Positions 14,483 through 25,805 of a DNA stretch of 64,000 nt are shown here, in pieces. The position numbers and the translations under genes are program-made. This stretch comes from Escherichia coli (lineage in GTDB: Bacteria > Pseudomonadota > Gammaproteobacteria > Enterobacterales > Enterobacteriaceae), in NCBI RefSeq assembly GCF_050920415.1, contig NZ_CP169309.1. One strand, 5' to 3'. Within the stretch, counting starts at the first letter, position 1, and the number at the start of each line of letters is the position of its first letter. Below the pieces are notes generated by a model. The model was not told where the DNA came from. It did no database searches and saw nothing but the letters and a program-made list of their open reading frames with translations.

Positions 14483-14510
14483 AAAAAAACCCGCTTCGGC
14501 GGGTTTTTTT
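14483..14510 (+). terminator. Intrinsic terminator of rplM-rpsI operon
   Basis: AAAAAAACCCGCTTCGGCGGGTTTTTTT hairpin with T7. Confidence 0.9.
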
Positions 14511-14843
14511 ATGGCTAAAATCTGAATCAGCGTAAAAAAAGGAATGTTGATTTTTGCTGTCGCCTGACAGACAGAAAACAAAAACCACATCGCCGATAAG
14601 GGACTAAGTCAACCATTTCAGACTAAAGCGCATCTCTTTTTCCCCATTTCCGGCATCGACTCACCACAAAGGTCACAAAATCTGGTAAACTATCATCCAA
14701 TTTTCTGCCCAAATGTCGGGTATTGCTCATTTTTTGTTTGATTTTCGAACAAAGAGAGTCGTTCCTTACTGGGTAACACAACTTCTGACTGGCCACCTGG
14801 TGGCTGGTAGCAGTAAAAATTCTGACTATACCTGGAGGTTTTC

Positions 14844-15482
14844 ATGGCTGTCGCTGCCAACAAACGTTCGGTAATGACGCTGTTTTCCGGTCCTACTGAC
14901 ATCTATAGCCATCAGGTCCGCATTGTGCTGGCTGAGAAAGGTGTAAGTTTCGAGATCGAACACGTGGAAAAGGACAATCCGCCTCAGGATCTGATTGACC
15001 TCAACCCGAATCAGAGCGTTCCGACCCTGGTGGATCGTGAGCTGACCCTGTGGGAATCTCGCATCATTATGGAATATCTGGATGAGCGTTTCCCGCATCC
15101 GCCACTGATGCCTGTTTACCCGGTAGCTCGCGGTGAAAGCCGTCTGTACATGCATCGCATCGAAAAAGACTGGTACACGCTGATGAACACCATCATCAAC
15201 GGTTCAGCTTCTGAAGCAGATGCCGCACGTAAGCAACTGCGCGAAGAACTGCTGGCGATTGCGCCGGTCTTCGGTCAGAAGCCGTACTTCCTGAGCGATG
15301 AGTTCAGCCTGGTCGATTGCTACCTTGCTCCGCTGCTGTGGCGTCTGCCGCAACTGGGCATCGAGTTCAGCGGTCCGGGTGCGAAAGAGCTGAAAGGCTA
15401 TATGACCCGCGTCTTTGAACGTGACTCTTTCCTTGCTTCTTTAACTGAAGCAGAACGTGAAATGCGTCTGGGCCGGAGTTAA
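14844..15482 (+). CDS. sspA: Stringent starvation protein A (GST-like, RNAP-associated)
   Basis: 212-aa ORF MAVAANKRSVMTLFSGPTDIYSHQVRIVLAEKG... Confidence 0.96.
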   Translation: MAVAANKRSVMTLFSGPTDIYSHQVRIVLAEKGVSFEIEHVEKDNPPQDLIDLNPNQSVPTLVDRELTLWESRIIMEYLDERFPHPPLMPVYPVARGESRLYMHRIEKDWYTLMNTIINGSASEADAARKQLREELLAIAPVFGQKPYFLSDEFSLVDCYLAPLLWRLPQLGIEFSGPGAKELKGYMTRVFERDSFLASLTEAEREMRLGRS

Positions 15483-15487
15483 TCTGT

Positions 15488-15985
15488 ATGGATTTGTCAC
15501 AGCTAACACCACGTCGTCCCTATCTGCTGCGTGCATTCTATGAGTGGTTGCTGGATAACCAGCTCACGCCGCACCTGGTGGTGGATGTGACGCTCCCTGG
15601 CGTGCAGGTTCCTATGGAATATGCGCGTGACGGGCAAATCGTACTCAACATTGCGCCGCGTGCTGTCGGCAATCTGGAACTGGCGAATGATGAGGTGCGC
15701 TTTAACGCGCGCTTTGGTGGCATTCCGCGTCAGGTTTCTGTGCCGCTGGCTGCCGTGCTGGCTATCTACGCCCGTGAAAATGGCGCAGGCACGATGTTTG
15801 AACCTGAAGCTGCCTACGATGAAGATGCCAGCATCATGAATGATGAAGAGGCATCGGCAGACAACGAAACCGTTATGTCGGTTATTGATGGCGACAAGCC
15901 AGATCACGATGATGACACTCATCCTGACGATGAACCACCGCAGCCACCACGCGGTGGTCGACCGGCATTACGCGTTGTGAAGTAA
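15488..15985 (+). CDS. sspB: Stringent starvation protein B (ClpXP adaptor)
   Basis: 165-aa ORF MDLSQLTPRRPYLLRAFYEWLLDNQLTPHLVV... with acidic C-terminal tail. Confidence 0.96.
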   Translation: MDLSQLTPRRPYLLRAFYEWLLDNQLTPHLVVDVTLPGVQVPMEYARDGQIVLNIAPRAVGNLELANDEVRFNARFGGIPRQVSVPLAAVLAIYARENGAGTMFEPEAAYDEDASIMNDEEASADNETVMSVIDGDKPDHDDDTHPDDEPPQPPRGGRPALRVVK

Positions 15986-15989
15986 AATG

Positions 15990-16022
15990 AAAACAGGCCC
16001 TGGCGGCCTGTTTTGTCTTTTT
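15990..16022. terminator. Bidirectional terminator between sspB and dcuD
   Basis: AAAACAGGCCCTGGCGGCCTGTTTTGTCTTTTT hairpin flanked by A/T runs. Confidence 0.8.
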
Positions 16023-16028
16023 AATCGC

Positions 16029-17396
16029 TTAATAAAATAGCGTGATAGTGGCAATCATATTCACCACGAAACCGACTGACATGGGGATCGCTGTCCGCTT
16101 CACTACCGCAAAAGGCGAAACGCCTGCAATTCCTGACGTAACGACCACCACCGCAGTAATCGGCGAAACAGCGCGCGCTAGCGTCGTGGCAAAATGCATC
16201 GGCATAATCATTACAACCGCTGGTACATGTAGTCCGGCTGCGATATTCGGAATAAGACTGGCAAATGACATAAATGGCGCATTGCCTGAGCCCATCACAA
16301 TGGCACAAATGGCAATGACCAGCGCCATAATAATCATCACGCCAATACCGCCCAGACCAGAATGCTCCGCCCCCCTGATAACCGCATCGACAGTGCCAAT
16401 CGTCGTTAAGCCTTTCGCAAATATTTCACCCGCGACCACCAGCGTTACCACGTTGGCAAACTGCGTACCCATGCCGTCAAAAAACGCCTGCACATTGTCC
16501 ATTGTTTCGCGCAAATTATGCTTGCGGAAAAACTCAACAAACATCGTCACCGTCAAACTCAGTAACATCACCACCACCAGATGCAGTTCTGACTGCATCA
16601 GTCCAGCGTGGGCGAGGAACAGCGAGCCGAGCATCAGGATTAACGGCATCACCGGTAAAATGGCGTAATAGAGCGGCGGGACATTATCGAGAGCTTTTTG
16701 CTCCGCCTGCTCGTGATTGATATTTTTATCTTTTTTGTCAAAAGCGCGTTGCACGAAAAAGTGAGAGATCGCTACCGAGATAATGACGCAAGAGGCGACC
16801 GGAAGCTGGTAGTGGAAGAAGTAAGTGGCAATTTTCATTCCTGCCACCTGGGCCGCAAAAATAGAGTTCGTTTCCAGAATCCCCCACTCAATGGACATCG
16901 TGGTTGCGATAACTGCCACCGCAGAGAGTCGACTTACTCCCAGACTCACTAGTGTTGGAAATAAGGTGACCATCAGCAACATACCCAGACCGGAGGCGCT
17001 GGTAATAAACTGCGCCATGATTTGGCCGATAACGTAAGTTGCCGACAGAATAAGATACGGCGAGCGAATGAGTTTTAACGGGCGGCTTAACAAGCTCACC
17101 ATCGCCCGACTGGCTCCTATGCGCTCCATGTAGCGGGCATACCCGCCCACAGCCATAATCGACAACCCTAACCCGGCAATGCGGTTGGACAGCATGCGCA
17201 GGATTTCATTATAAATATCGACGATCAAGTAGCCGCTGCTTTTGGCGGGATCGAGTACTCCACCGAACCCTAACCAGACACCGCACATCATCAGGAAGAT
17301 ACCTGCGGCAGCCAGCACCACTTGAGGTTTGTAGTTTTTCAGGATCAAATAGCCCATCGTCATTAATACGATGACAGATATAATTATGCCGAACAT
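16029..17396 (-). CDS. dcuD: C4-dicarboxylate transporter, DcuC family (DcuD)
   Basis: 455-aa polytopic membrane ORF from [25 protein letters not shown]...; the ORF-track start at 17414 is 6 codons upstream. Confidence 0.9.
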   Translation of the reverse strand: MFGIIISVIVLMTMGYLILKNYKPQVVLAAAGIFLMMCGVWLGFGGVLDPAKSSGYLIVDIYNEILRMLSNRIAGLGLSIMAVGGYARYMERIGASRAMVSLLSRPLKLIRSPYLILSATYVIGQIMAQFITSASGLGMLLMVTLFPTLVSLGVSRLSAVAVIATTMSIEWGILETNSIFAAQVAGMKIATYFFHYQLPVASCVIISVAISHFFVQRAFDKKDKNINHEQAEQKALDNVPPLYYAILPVMPLILMLGSLFLAHAGLMQSELHLVVVMLLSLTVTMFVEFFRKHNLRETMDNVQAFFDGMGTQFANVVTLVVAGEIFAKGLTTIGTVDAVIRGAEHSGLGGIGVMIIMALVIAICAIVMGSGNAPFMSFASLIPNIAAGLHVPAVVMIMPMHFATTLARAVSPITAVVVVTSGIAGVSPFAVVKRTAIPMSVGFVVNMIATITLFY

Positions 17397-17775
17397 TGTT
17401 GAACTCCGTGTCAAAAGAAAACGGTCAATCCCATAAACGGCAGATTGAAAACAGTGATGTTATATTTTTTGCAAGGCTATTTATGGTGTTGGTGTCGTAT
17501 TTTTTAATTCTGGATGAGGCGATTTTTCATTATAAAATATGCATTTATGATTATTTTGTAAGAACATATTCGTAATATTCATAATGCTTGTGAATAGTCT
17601 TATGAATAATTCATTCAGGATGTTTTTATCGGCGTTACACTAATTTTCGCAATAGTTAATTATTACGTTAATTATGATAATAATGAGACACAAAGAGAAA
17701 AAACCGCCATTTCCCCCTACTTTCAATCCTGTGATAGGATGTCACTGATGATGTTAATCACACTGACCTTACAGA

Positions 17776-18567
17776 ATGGGCCTTATGAACGCATTTGATT
17801 CGCAAACCGAAGATTCTTCACCTGCAATTGGTCGCAACTTGCGCAGCCGCCCGCTGGCGCGTAAAAAACTCTCCGAAATGGTGGAAGAAGAGCTGGAACA
17901 GATGATCCGCCGTCGTGAATTTGGCGAAGGTGAACAATTACCGTCTGAACGCGAACTGATGGCGTTCTTTAACGTCGGGCGTCCTTCGGTGCGTGAAGCG
18001 CTGGCAGCGTTAAAACGTAAAGGTCTGGTGCAAATAAACAACGGCGAACGCGCTCGCGTCTCACGTCCTTCTGCGGACACCATCATCGGCGAGCTTTCCG
18101 GCATGGCGAAAGATTTCCTTTCTCATCCTGGCGGGATTGCCCATTTCGAACAATTACGTCTGTTCTTTGAATCCAGCCTGGTGCGCTATGCGGCTGAACA
18201 TGCCACCGATGAGCAAATCGATTTGCTGGCAAAAGCACTGGAAATCAACAGTCAGTCGCTTGATAACAACGCGGCATTCATTCGTTCAGACGTTGATTTC
18301 CACCGCGTGCTGGCGGAGATCCCCGGTAACCCAATCTTTATGGCGATCCACGTTGCCCTGCTCGACTGGCTGATCGCCGCACGTCCAACCGTGGCTGATC
18401 AGGCTCTGCACGAGCATAACAACGTTAGCTATCAACAGCATATTGCGATCGTTGATGCGATCCGCCGCCACGATCCCGATGAAGCCGATCGCGCGTTGCA
18501 ATCGCATCTCAACAGCGTCTCTGCTACCTGGCACGCCTTCGGTCAGACCACCAACAAAAAGAAATAA
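17776..18567 (+). CDS. nanR: GntR/FadR-family repressor NanR
   Basis: 263-aa ORF with HTH and FCD domain; precedes nanATEK. Confidence 0.95.
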   Translation: MGLMNAFDSQTEDSSPAIGRNLRSRPLARKKLSEMVEEELEQMIRRREFGEGEQLPSERELMAFFNVGRPSVREALAALKRKGLVQINNGERARVSRPSADTIIGELSGMAKDFLSHPGGIAHFEQLRLFFESSLVRYAAEHATDEQIDLLAKALEINSQSLDNNAAFIRSDVDFHRVLAEIPGNPIFMAIHVALLDWLIAARPTVADQALHEHNNVSYQQHIAIVDAIRRHDPDEADRALQSHLNSVSATWHAFGQTTNKKK

Positions 18568-18630
18568 TGCCACTTTAGTGAAGCAGATCGCATTATAAGC
18601 TTTCTGTATGGGGTGTTGCTTAATTGATCT

Positions 18631-18653
18631 GGTATAACAGGTATAAAGGTATA
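18631..18653 (+). promoter_or_regulatory. NanR operator: three GGTATA direct repeats in nanA promoter
   Basis: GGTATAACAGGTATAAAGGTATA about 35 bp upstream of nanA start. Confidence 0.8.
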
Positions 18654-18688
18654 TCGTTTATCAGACAAGCATCACTTCAGAGGTATTT

Positions 18689-19582
18689 ATGGCAACGAAT
18701 TTACGTGGCGTAATGGCCGCACTCCTGACTCCTTTTGATCAACAACAAGCACTGGATAAAGCGAGTCTGCGTCGCCTGGTTCAGTTCAATATTCAGCAGG
18801 GCATCGACGGTTTATACGTGGGTGGTTCTACCGGCGAAGCCTTTGTACAAAGCCTTTCCGAGCGTGAACAGGTACTGGAAATCGTCGCCGAAGAGGCGAA
18901 AGGCAAGATTAAACTCATCGCTCATGTAGGTTGCGTCAGCACTGCTGAAAGCCAACAGCTTGCGTCTTCAGCCAAACGTTATGGCTTCGATGCCGTCTCC
19001 GCCGTCACGCCGTTCTACTACCCTTTCAGCTTTGAAGAACACTGCGATCACTATCGGGCAATTATTGATTCGGCGGATGGGTTGCCGATGGTGGTGTACA
19101 ACATTCCGGCGTTAAGCGGCGTTAAACTGACCCTGGATCAGATTAACACTCTGGTTACGTTGCCTGGTGTCGGCGCGCTGAAACAGACCTCTGGCGATCT
19201 CTATCAGATGGAGCAGATCCGTCGTGAACATCCGGATCTGGTGCTCTATAACGGTTACGACGAAATCTTTGCTTCTGGTTTGTTGGCGGGCGCTGATGGT
19301 GGTATCGGCAGTACTTACAACATTATGGGCTGGCGTTATCAGGGTATCGTGAAGGCGCTGAAAGAAGGCGATATCCAGACCGCGCAGAAGCTGCAAACCG
19401 AATGTAATAAAGTCATTGATTTACTGATCAAAACGGGCGTATTCCGCGGCCTGAAAACGGTCCTGCACTATATGGATGTCGTTTCTGTGCCGCTGTGCCG
19501 CAAACCGTTTGGTCCGGTCGATGAAAAATATCTGCCAGAACTGAAGGCGCTAGCCCAGCAGTTGATGCAAGAGCGCGGGTGA
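18689..19582 (+). CDS. nanA: N-acetylneuraminate lyase
   Basis: 297-aa [53 protein letters not shown] (DHDPS/NAL family). Confidence 0.96.
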   Translation: MATNLRGVMAALLTPFDQQQALDKASLRRLVQFNIQQGIDGLYVGGSTGEAFVQSLSEREQVLEIVAEEAKGKIKLIAHVGCVSTAESQQLASSAKRYGFDAVSAVTPFYYPFSFEEHCDHYRAIIDSADGLPMVVYNIPALSGVKLTLDQINTLVTLPGVGALKQTSGDLYQMEQIRREHPDLVLYNGYDEIFASGLLAGADGGIGSTYNIMGWRYQGIVKALKEGDIQTAQKLQTECNKVIDLLIKTGVFRGLKTVLHYMDVVSVPLCRKPFGPVDEKYLPELKALAQQLMQERG

Positions 19583-19690
19583 GTTGTTTCCCCTCGCTCG
19601 CCCCTACCGGGTGAGGGGAAATAAACGCATCTGTACCCTACAATTTTTATACCAAAGCGTGTGGGCATCGCCCACCGCGGGAGACTCACA

Positions 19691-21181
19691 ATGAGTACTA
19701 CAACCCAGAATATCCCGTGGTATCGCCATCTCAACCGCGCACAATGGCGCGCATTTTCCGCTGCCTGGTTGGGATATCTGCTTGACGGTTTTGATTTCGT
19801 TTTAATCGCCCTGGTACTCACCGAAGTACAAGGTGAATTCGGGCTGACGACGGTACAGGCGGCAAGTCTGATCTCCGCAGCCTTTATCTCTCGCTGGTTC
19901 GGCGGCCTGATGCTTGGCGCTATGGGCGACCGCTACGGGCGTCGTCTGGCAATGGTTACCAGTATCGTTCTCTTCTCGGCCGGGACGCTGGCCTGCGGCT
20001 TTGCGCCAGGCTACATCACCATGTTTATTGCTCGTCTGGTCATCGGCATGGGGATGGCGGGTGAATACGGTTCCAGCGCCACCTATGTCATTGAAAGCTG
20101 GCCAAAACATCTGCGTAACAAAGCCAGTGGTTTTCTGATTTCAGGCTTCTCGGTGGGTGCCGTCGTTGCCGCTCAGGTCTACAGCCTGGTGGTTCCGGTC
20201 TGGGGCTGGCGTGCATTGTTTTTTATCGGCATCTTACCAATCATCTTTGCTCTCTGGCTGCGTAAAAACATCCCGGAAGCGGAAGACTGGAAAGAGAAAC
20301 ACGCAGGTAAAGCACCAGTACGCACAATGGTGGATATTCTCTACCGTGGTGAACATCGTATCGCCAATATCGTGATGACACTGGCGGCGGCCACTGCGCT
20401 GTGGTTCTGCTTCGCCGGTAACCTGCAAAATGCCGCAATCGTCGCTGTACTCGGGCTGTTATGCGCCGCAATCTTTATCAGCTTTATGGTACAGAGTACG
20501 GGCAAACGCTGGCCAACGGGCGTAATGCTGATGGTGGTCGTGTTGTTTGCTTTCCTCTACTCATGGCCGATTCAGGCGCTGCTGCCAACGTATCTTAAAA
20601 CTGAACTTGCTTATAACCCGCATACTGTCGCCAATGTGCTGTTCTTTAGTGGCTTTGGTGCGGCGGTGGGGTGCTGCGTCGGTGGCTTCCTCGGTGACTG
20701 GCTGGGAACCCGCAAAGCGTACGTTTGCAGTCTGCTGGCCTCACAGCTGCTGATTATTCCGGTATTTGCGATTGGTGGCGCAAACGTCTGGGTGCTCGGT
20801 TTGTTACTGTTCTTCCAGCAAATGCTTGGACAAGGGATCGCCGGGATCTTACCGAAACTGATTGGCGGTTATTTCGATACCGACCAGCGTGCAGCGGGGC
20901 TGGGCTTTACCTACAACGTTGGCGCATTGGGCGGCGCACTGGCCCCAATCATCGGCGCGTTGATCGCTCAACGTCTGGATCTGGGTACTGCGCTGGCATC
21001 GCTTTCGTTTAGCCTGACGTTCGTGGTGATCCTGCTGATTGGGCTGGATATGCCTTCTCGCGTTCAGCGTTGGTTGCGCCCGGAAGCGTTGCGTACTCAT
21101 GACGCTATCGACGGCAAACCATTTAGCGGTGCCGTACCGTTTGGCAGCGCTAAAAACGATTTAGTCAAAACCAAAAGTTAA
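19691..21181 (+). CDS. nanT: Sialic acid transporter NanT (MFS)
   Basis: 496-aa MFS ORF from [22 protein letters not shown]...; the ORF-track start at 19661 is an upstream extension. Confidence 0.95.
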   Translation: MSTTTQNIPWYRHLNRAQWRAFSAAWLGYLLDGFDFVLIALVLTEVQGEFGLTTVQAASLISAAFISRWFGGLMLGAMGDRYGRRLAMVTSIVLFSAGTLACGFAPGYITMFIARLVIGMGMAGEYGSSATYVIESWPKHLRNKASGFLISGFSVGAVVAAQVYSLVVPVWGWRALFFIGILPIIFALWLRKNIPEAEDWKEKHAGKAPVRTMVDILYRGEHRIANIVMTLAAATALWFCFAGNLQNAAIVAVLGLLCAAIFISFMVQSTGKRWPTGVMLMVVVLFAFLYSWPIQALLPTYLKTELAYNPHTVANVLFFSGFGAAVGCCVGGFLGDWLGTRKAYVCSLLASQLLIIPVFAIGGANVWVLGLLLFFQQMLGQGIAGILPKLIGGYFDTDQRAAGLGFTYNVGALGGALAPIIGALIAQRLDLGTALASLSFSLTFVVILLIGLDMPSRVQRWLRPEALRTHDAIDGKPFSGAVPFGSAKNDLVKTKS

Positions 21182-21227
21182 TCCTGTTGCCCGGTCCTGG
21201 ACCGGGCCTTTTGCTAAGGGAAGATGT

Positions 21228-21913
21228 ATGTCGTTACTTGCACAACTGGATCAAAAAATCGCTGCTAACGGTGGCCTGATTGTCTCCTGCCAGCCGGTTC
21301 CGGACAGCCCGCTCGATAAACCGGAAATCGTCGCTGCTATGGCATTAGCGGCAGAGCAGGCGGGCGCGGTTGCCATTCGCATTGAAGGTGTGGCAAATCT
21401 ACAAGCCACGCGTGCGGTGGTGAGCGTGCCGATTATCGGGATTGTGAAGCGCGATCTGGAGGATTCTCCGGTACGCATCACGGCCTATATTGAAGATGTT
21501 GATGCACTGGCGCAGGCGGGTGCGGATATCATCGCTATTGATGGCACCGATCGCCCGCGCCCGGTTCCAGTTGAAACACTGCTGGCGCGTATTCACCATC
21601 ACGGTTTACTGGCGATGACCGACTGTTCAACGCCGGAAGACGGCCTGGCTTGCCAAAAGCTGGGAGCCGAAATTATTGGTACTACGCTTTCTGGCTATAC
21701 CACGCCTGAAACGCCAGAAGAGCCAGACCTGGCACTGGTGAAAACATTAAGCGACGCCGGATGTCGGGTGATTGCCGAAGGGCGTTACAACTCGCCTGCT
21801 CAGGCGGCGGATGCGATGCGACACGGTGCATGGGCGGTAACGGTCGGTTCTGCTATCACGCGTCTTGAACACATTTGTCAGTGGTACAACACAGCGATGA
21901 AAAAGGCGGTGCT

Positions 21914-21917
<4 letters not shown>
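21228..21917 (+). CDS. nanE: N-acetylmannosamine-6-phosphate 2-epimerase
   Basis: 229-aa [42 protein letters not shown]... Confidence 0.96.
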
Positions 21918-23250
<1,333 letters not shown>

Positions 23251-23268
23251 AACTTAGTTCGTTTTAAA

Positions 23269-23296
23269 GATTCTGCAGACACTGTCTGCAGAATTC
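23269..23296. repeat. Palindromic unit GATTCTGCAGAC-ACT-GTCTGCAGAATTC (fourth copy of the yhcG-internal repeat family), between convergent nanQ and yhcG
   Basis: Near-perfect 12-13 bp inverted arms around CAGAC-ACT-GTCTG; same core as repeats at 24031-24135. Confidence 0.75.
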
Positions 23297-23309
23297 GAAA
23301 CCGCTGAAA

Positions 23310-24437
23310 TTAACGGCGTCTATAGCCTTCCTCTAGCACCGCTTGTGTTCGAACGAGTTCATCCGCGAGTCGTTTTTCATCAGGTAGTTGCATCTTATAT
23401 TCGCTTGCCAGAACGGTGTTAGGCAAACCAGCCAGTGCATAATGTGCTTCTCCGACTCCTTTTTCTGCACAGAGAACCAGACCGATGGGCGGATTTTCAT
23501 CCGGTAGCGTCCAGTGCTCTTTGGCGTAGTTGAGATACATATTCATCTGTCCGGCATCGCTATAGCTGAATTTGCCCACTTTTAGATCGACGATTAGCAG
23601 GCAGCGTAAACGGCGGTGGAAAAACAGCAGATCGACACGAAACCAGTTGTCATCAATGCGTAACCTTCGCTGTCGACCAACAAAGGCAAAATCATCCCCA
23701 AGTTCCAGCATGAAATCCATCAGGTGGTTGATCAGCGCCTCCTCAAAATCGGATTCTGAGTATTCATCTTTCAATTCCAAAAATTCGAGCACAAAGGGAT
23801 CGCGTATCGCCTGTTGCGGAAGAATATGCGTCTCGGCAGGGGCGTGTTGTTGCAGCATGGCTGATTTGTCATATGACAGTAGTGTCCGCTCATAAAATTG
23901 GGTCGCAATTTGCCGCTCTAGCTGGCGGACAGACCAACCACAGCGGAGCGCCTCTTTTTCATAAAAGCTGCGGGCGTCAGCGTTTTTAACGGAAAGTAGA
24001 CGGACGTAGGTGGACCAGGGCAGTGGGAAGGATTTGGCAGACAGCGTCTGCCAAATCTTTGCCGATGGGAATTCTGCAGACGGTGTCTGCGGAATTCCCA
24101 ATGGTGTTAATTCGCCAGACACTGTCTGGCGAATTTCAACATGTTGAAAAAAGAGGTAAAAAAGCCTCATTTGGCGTAAGTTTTTTGCAGAGAACCCACG
24201 CTTATACCTTAGACTTAAATCCTTTGAGAGCCGTTTGATAAGCTGTGCACCATAAGCCGCTCTGGCCTCGCCGCCTTGTTCAAATTCGACAATCCGTCGA
24301 CCAATTTCCCAGTATGTCGCGGTCATTAACGCGTTAACGCTACGTACCGTTTCCGTGCGGGCGCTATCGACCAGGTGAATAATACCGTCGTGGATTTGCT
24401 GGTAGCCTGCTGTGGTTCCTTCTGAGAGCGATTCCAT
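23310..24437 (-). CDS. yhcG: DUF1016/YhcG-family protein with C-terminal PD-(D/E)xK nuclease-like motifs
   Basis: 375-aa ORF; C-terminal ...RIDDNWFRVDLLFF...LLIVDLKVGKF resembles a PD-(D/E)xK core; contains in-frame tandem repeats (IRQTVSGELTPLG / IPQTPSAEFPSAK / IWQTLSAKSFPLPW). Confidence 0.85.
   Translation of the reverse strand: MESLSEGTTAGYQQIHDGIIHLVDSARTETVRSVNALMTATYWEIGRRIVEFEQGGEARAAYGAQLIKRLSKDLSLRYKRGFSAKNLRQMRLFYLFFQHVEIRQTVSGELTPLGIPQTPSAEFPSAKIWQTLSAKSFPLPWSTYVRLLSVKNADARSFYEKEALRCGWSVRQLERQIATQFYERTLLSYDKSAMLQQHAPAETHILPQQAIRDPFVLEFLELKDEYSESDFEEALINHLMDFMLELGDDFAFVGRQRRLRIDDNWFRVDLLFFHRRLRCLLIVDLKVGKFSYSDAGQMNMYLNYAKEHWTLPDENPPIGLVLCAEKGVGEAHYALAGLPNTVLASEYKMQLPDEKRLADELVRTQAVLEEGYRRR
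24031..24135. repeat. Three tandem 39-bp-spaced palindromic repeats inside yhcG coding sequence
   Basis: Units GATTTGGCAGACAGCGTCTGCCAAATC (24031-24057), GGGAATTCTGCAGACGGTGTCTGCGGAATTCCC (24068-24099), AATTCGCCAGACACTGTCTGGCGAATT (24109-24135); period 39 bp = 13 codons. Confidence 0.8.
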
Positions 24438-24635
24438 TATCTGTCCCTTTATATGGCGCTGCGTTGAATAATGGGATCAGCTATACGCCGGGCATCTGCC
24501 GGTAACAATCCAGGTGGGCTTGTTACATGGGTTTTCTTCACGTTATGCGAGGCGCTTTCCAGCAATTGTGCTGTAACGTTGTGCTGAAGATGAAGCAAAT
24601 AAAAAGGCCGGAGCGGGCGCATCCGACCAGAATTT

Positions 24636-25805
24636 TCAGGAAGTTTCTCTTGCTGTCACTACGCCATTTTGCGCAGCCCACAGATTCACATCTTCCTTAC
24701 GAATGGCGGCGGCCATCATGCCGGGGAATAAATCAGGGGTACAGGCAAAGGAGGGAATACCCATGGCGGCGAGTTTTCCTGCCAGTGACCGGTCGTAAAA
24801 CGGTGCGCCTTCGTCGCTTAAGGCCAGCAGGGTAACCACCTGTACGCCGGACTGAATCAACTCACTGGCGCGTTGCAACAGATTGCGTTCCACACCACCT
24901 TCGTAGAGGTCGGAAATCAGCACCAGAATGGTATTACGCGGATCGCGAATCAAAGACTGGCAGTAACCTACCGCGCGGTTGATGTCGGTGCCGCCGCCCA
25001 GCTGCACGCCAAACAGCAGCTCTACCGGATCGTCGAGCTTCTCTGTCATATCAACCACTGCGGTGTCGAAAACCACCAGATGCGTTTTTACCGCCGGGAG
25101 CGATGCCATTACTGCGCCAAAAATACTGGAATAGACCACCGAGGAGGCCATCGACCCACTCTGGTCGATACATAAAATGATCTCCTTTTGCGTGCGTTGA
25201 GACTTGCGCCCGTAGCCGATTAACGTTTCAGGAACAATACTTTTGTACTCTTCCTGCCAGTGGCGCAGGTTGGCGCGAATGGTGCGCTGCCAGTCAATTT
25301 CCGCGTGGCGCGGGCGACGATTACGTACCGCACGATTAAGAGCGCCGCTTACCGCGCTACGCATTGGCTCTTCAAGCTGTTTCATCAATTGCTCGACAAC
25401 TTTACGCACCACAATCCTGGCGGTTTCTTTGGTTTTGGCCGGAATTACGCCATTCAGCGACATCAGCGTGGAGACCAGATGAACATCAGGCTGGACGTTT
25501 GCCAGCATCTCTGGCTCCAGCAACATACTGTGCAAATTAAGACGTTCAAAGGCGTCTTTTTGCATCACCTGAACCACAGAAGAGGGGAAATACTGGCGAA
25601 TATCACCCAGCCAGCGAGCGACTTTGGGTGACGATCCACCCGTGCCGCCGCGTAATCCATGTTTACCGTCTGGCTGATAGAGCGCCGCCAGCGCGGCATC
25701 AATCGCGGACTCTCTGGCATCCAGCGCCACGTTACAGGCATTGTCGGCATCTTCTCCAAGGATCAGACGCCAGCGGCGCAGCCGTTCCATCTCGTTACTC
25801 GACAT
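24636..25805 (-). CDS. von Willebrand factor A (vWA) domain protein with MIDAS motif; YehP-like
   Basis: 389-aa ORF; DxSxS MIDAS motif in ILCIDQSGSM; last gene of the five-gene operon; overlaps upstream gene by 11 nt; SD-like GGGAA before ATG. Confidence 0.8.
   Translation of the reverse strand: MSSNEMERLRRWRLILGEDADNACNVALDARESAIDAALAALYQPDGKHGLRGGTGGSSPKVARWLGDIRQYFPSSVVQVMQKDAFERLNLHSMLLEPEMLANVQPDVHLVSTLMSLNGVIPAKTKETARIVVRKVVEQLMKQLEEPMRSAVSGALNRAVRNRRPRHAEIDWQRTIRANLRHWQEEYKSIVPETLIGYGRKSQRTQKEIILCIDQSGSMASSVVYSSIFGAVMASLPAVKTHLVVFDTAVVDMTEKLDDPVELLFGVQLGGGTDINRAVGYCQSLIRDPRNTILVLISDLYEGGVERNLLQRASELIQSGVQVVTLLALSDEGAPFYDRSLAGKLAAMGIPSFACTPDLFPGMMAAAIRKEDVNLWAAQNGVVTARETS

Noticed and set aside
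24031-24135. Possible CRISPR-like array (short palindromic repeats at regular spacing)
   Set aside because: Only three units with about 10-bp spacers, in-frame inside a CDS, no cas genes nearby, and repeat length and spacing do not fit CRISPR architecture.
24023-24238. 71-aa plus-strand ORF MGRIWQTASAKS... mirroring the YhcG repeat peptide
   Set aside because: It arises because the palindromic DNA repeats encode similar peptides on both strands; the minus-strand yhcG frame is the long conserved one.
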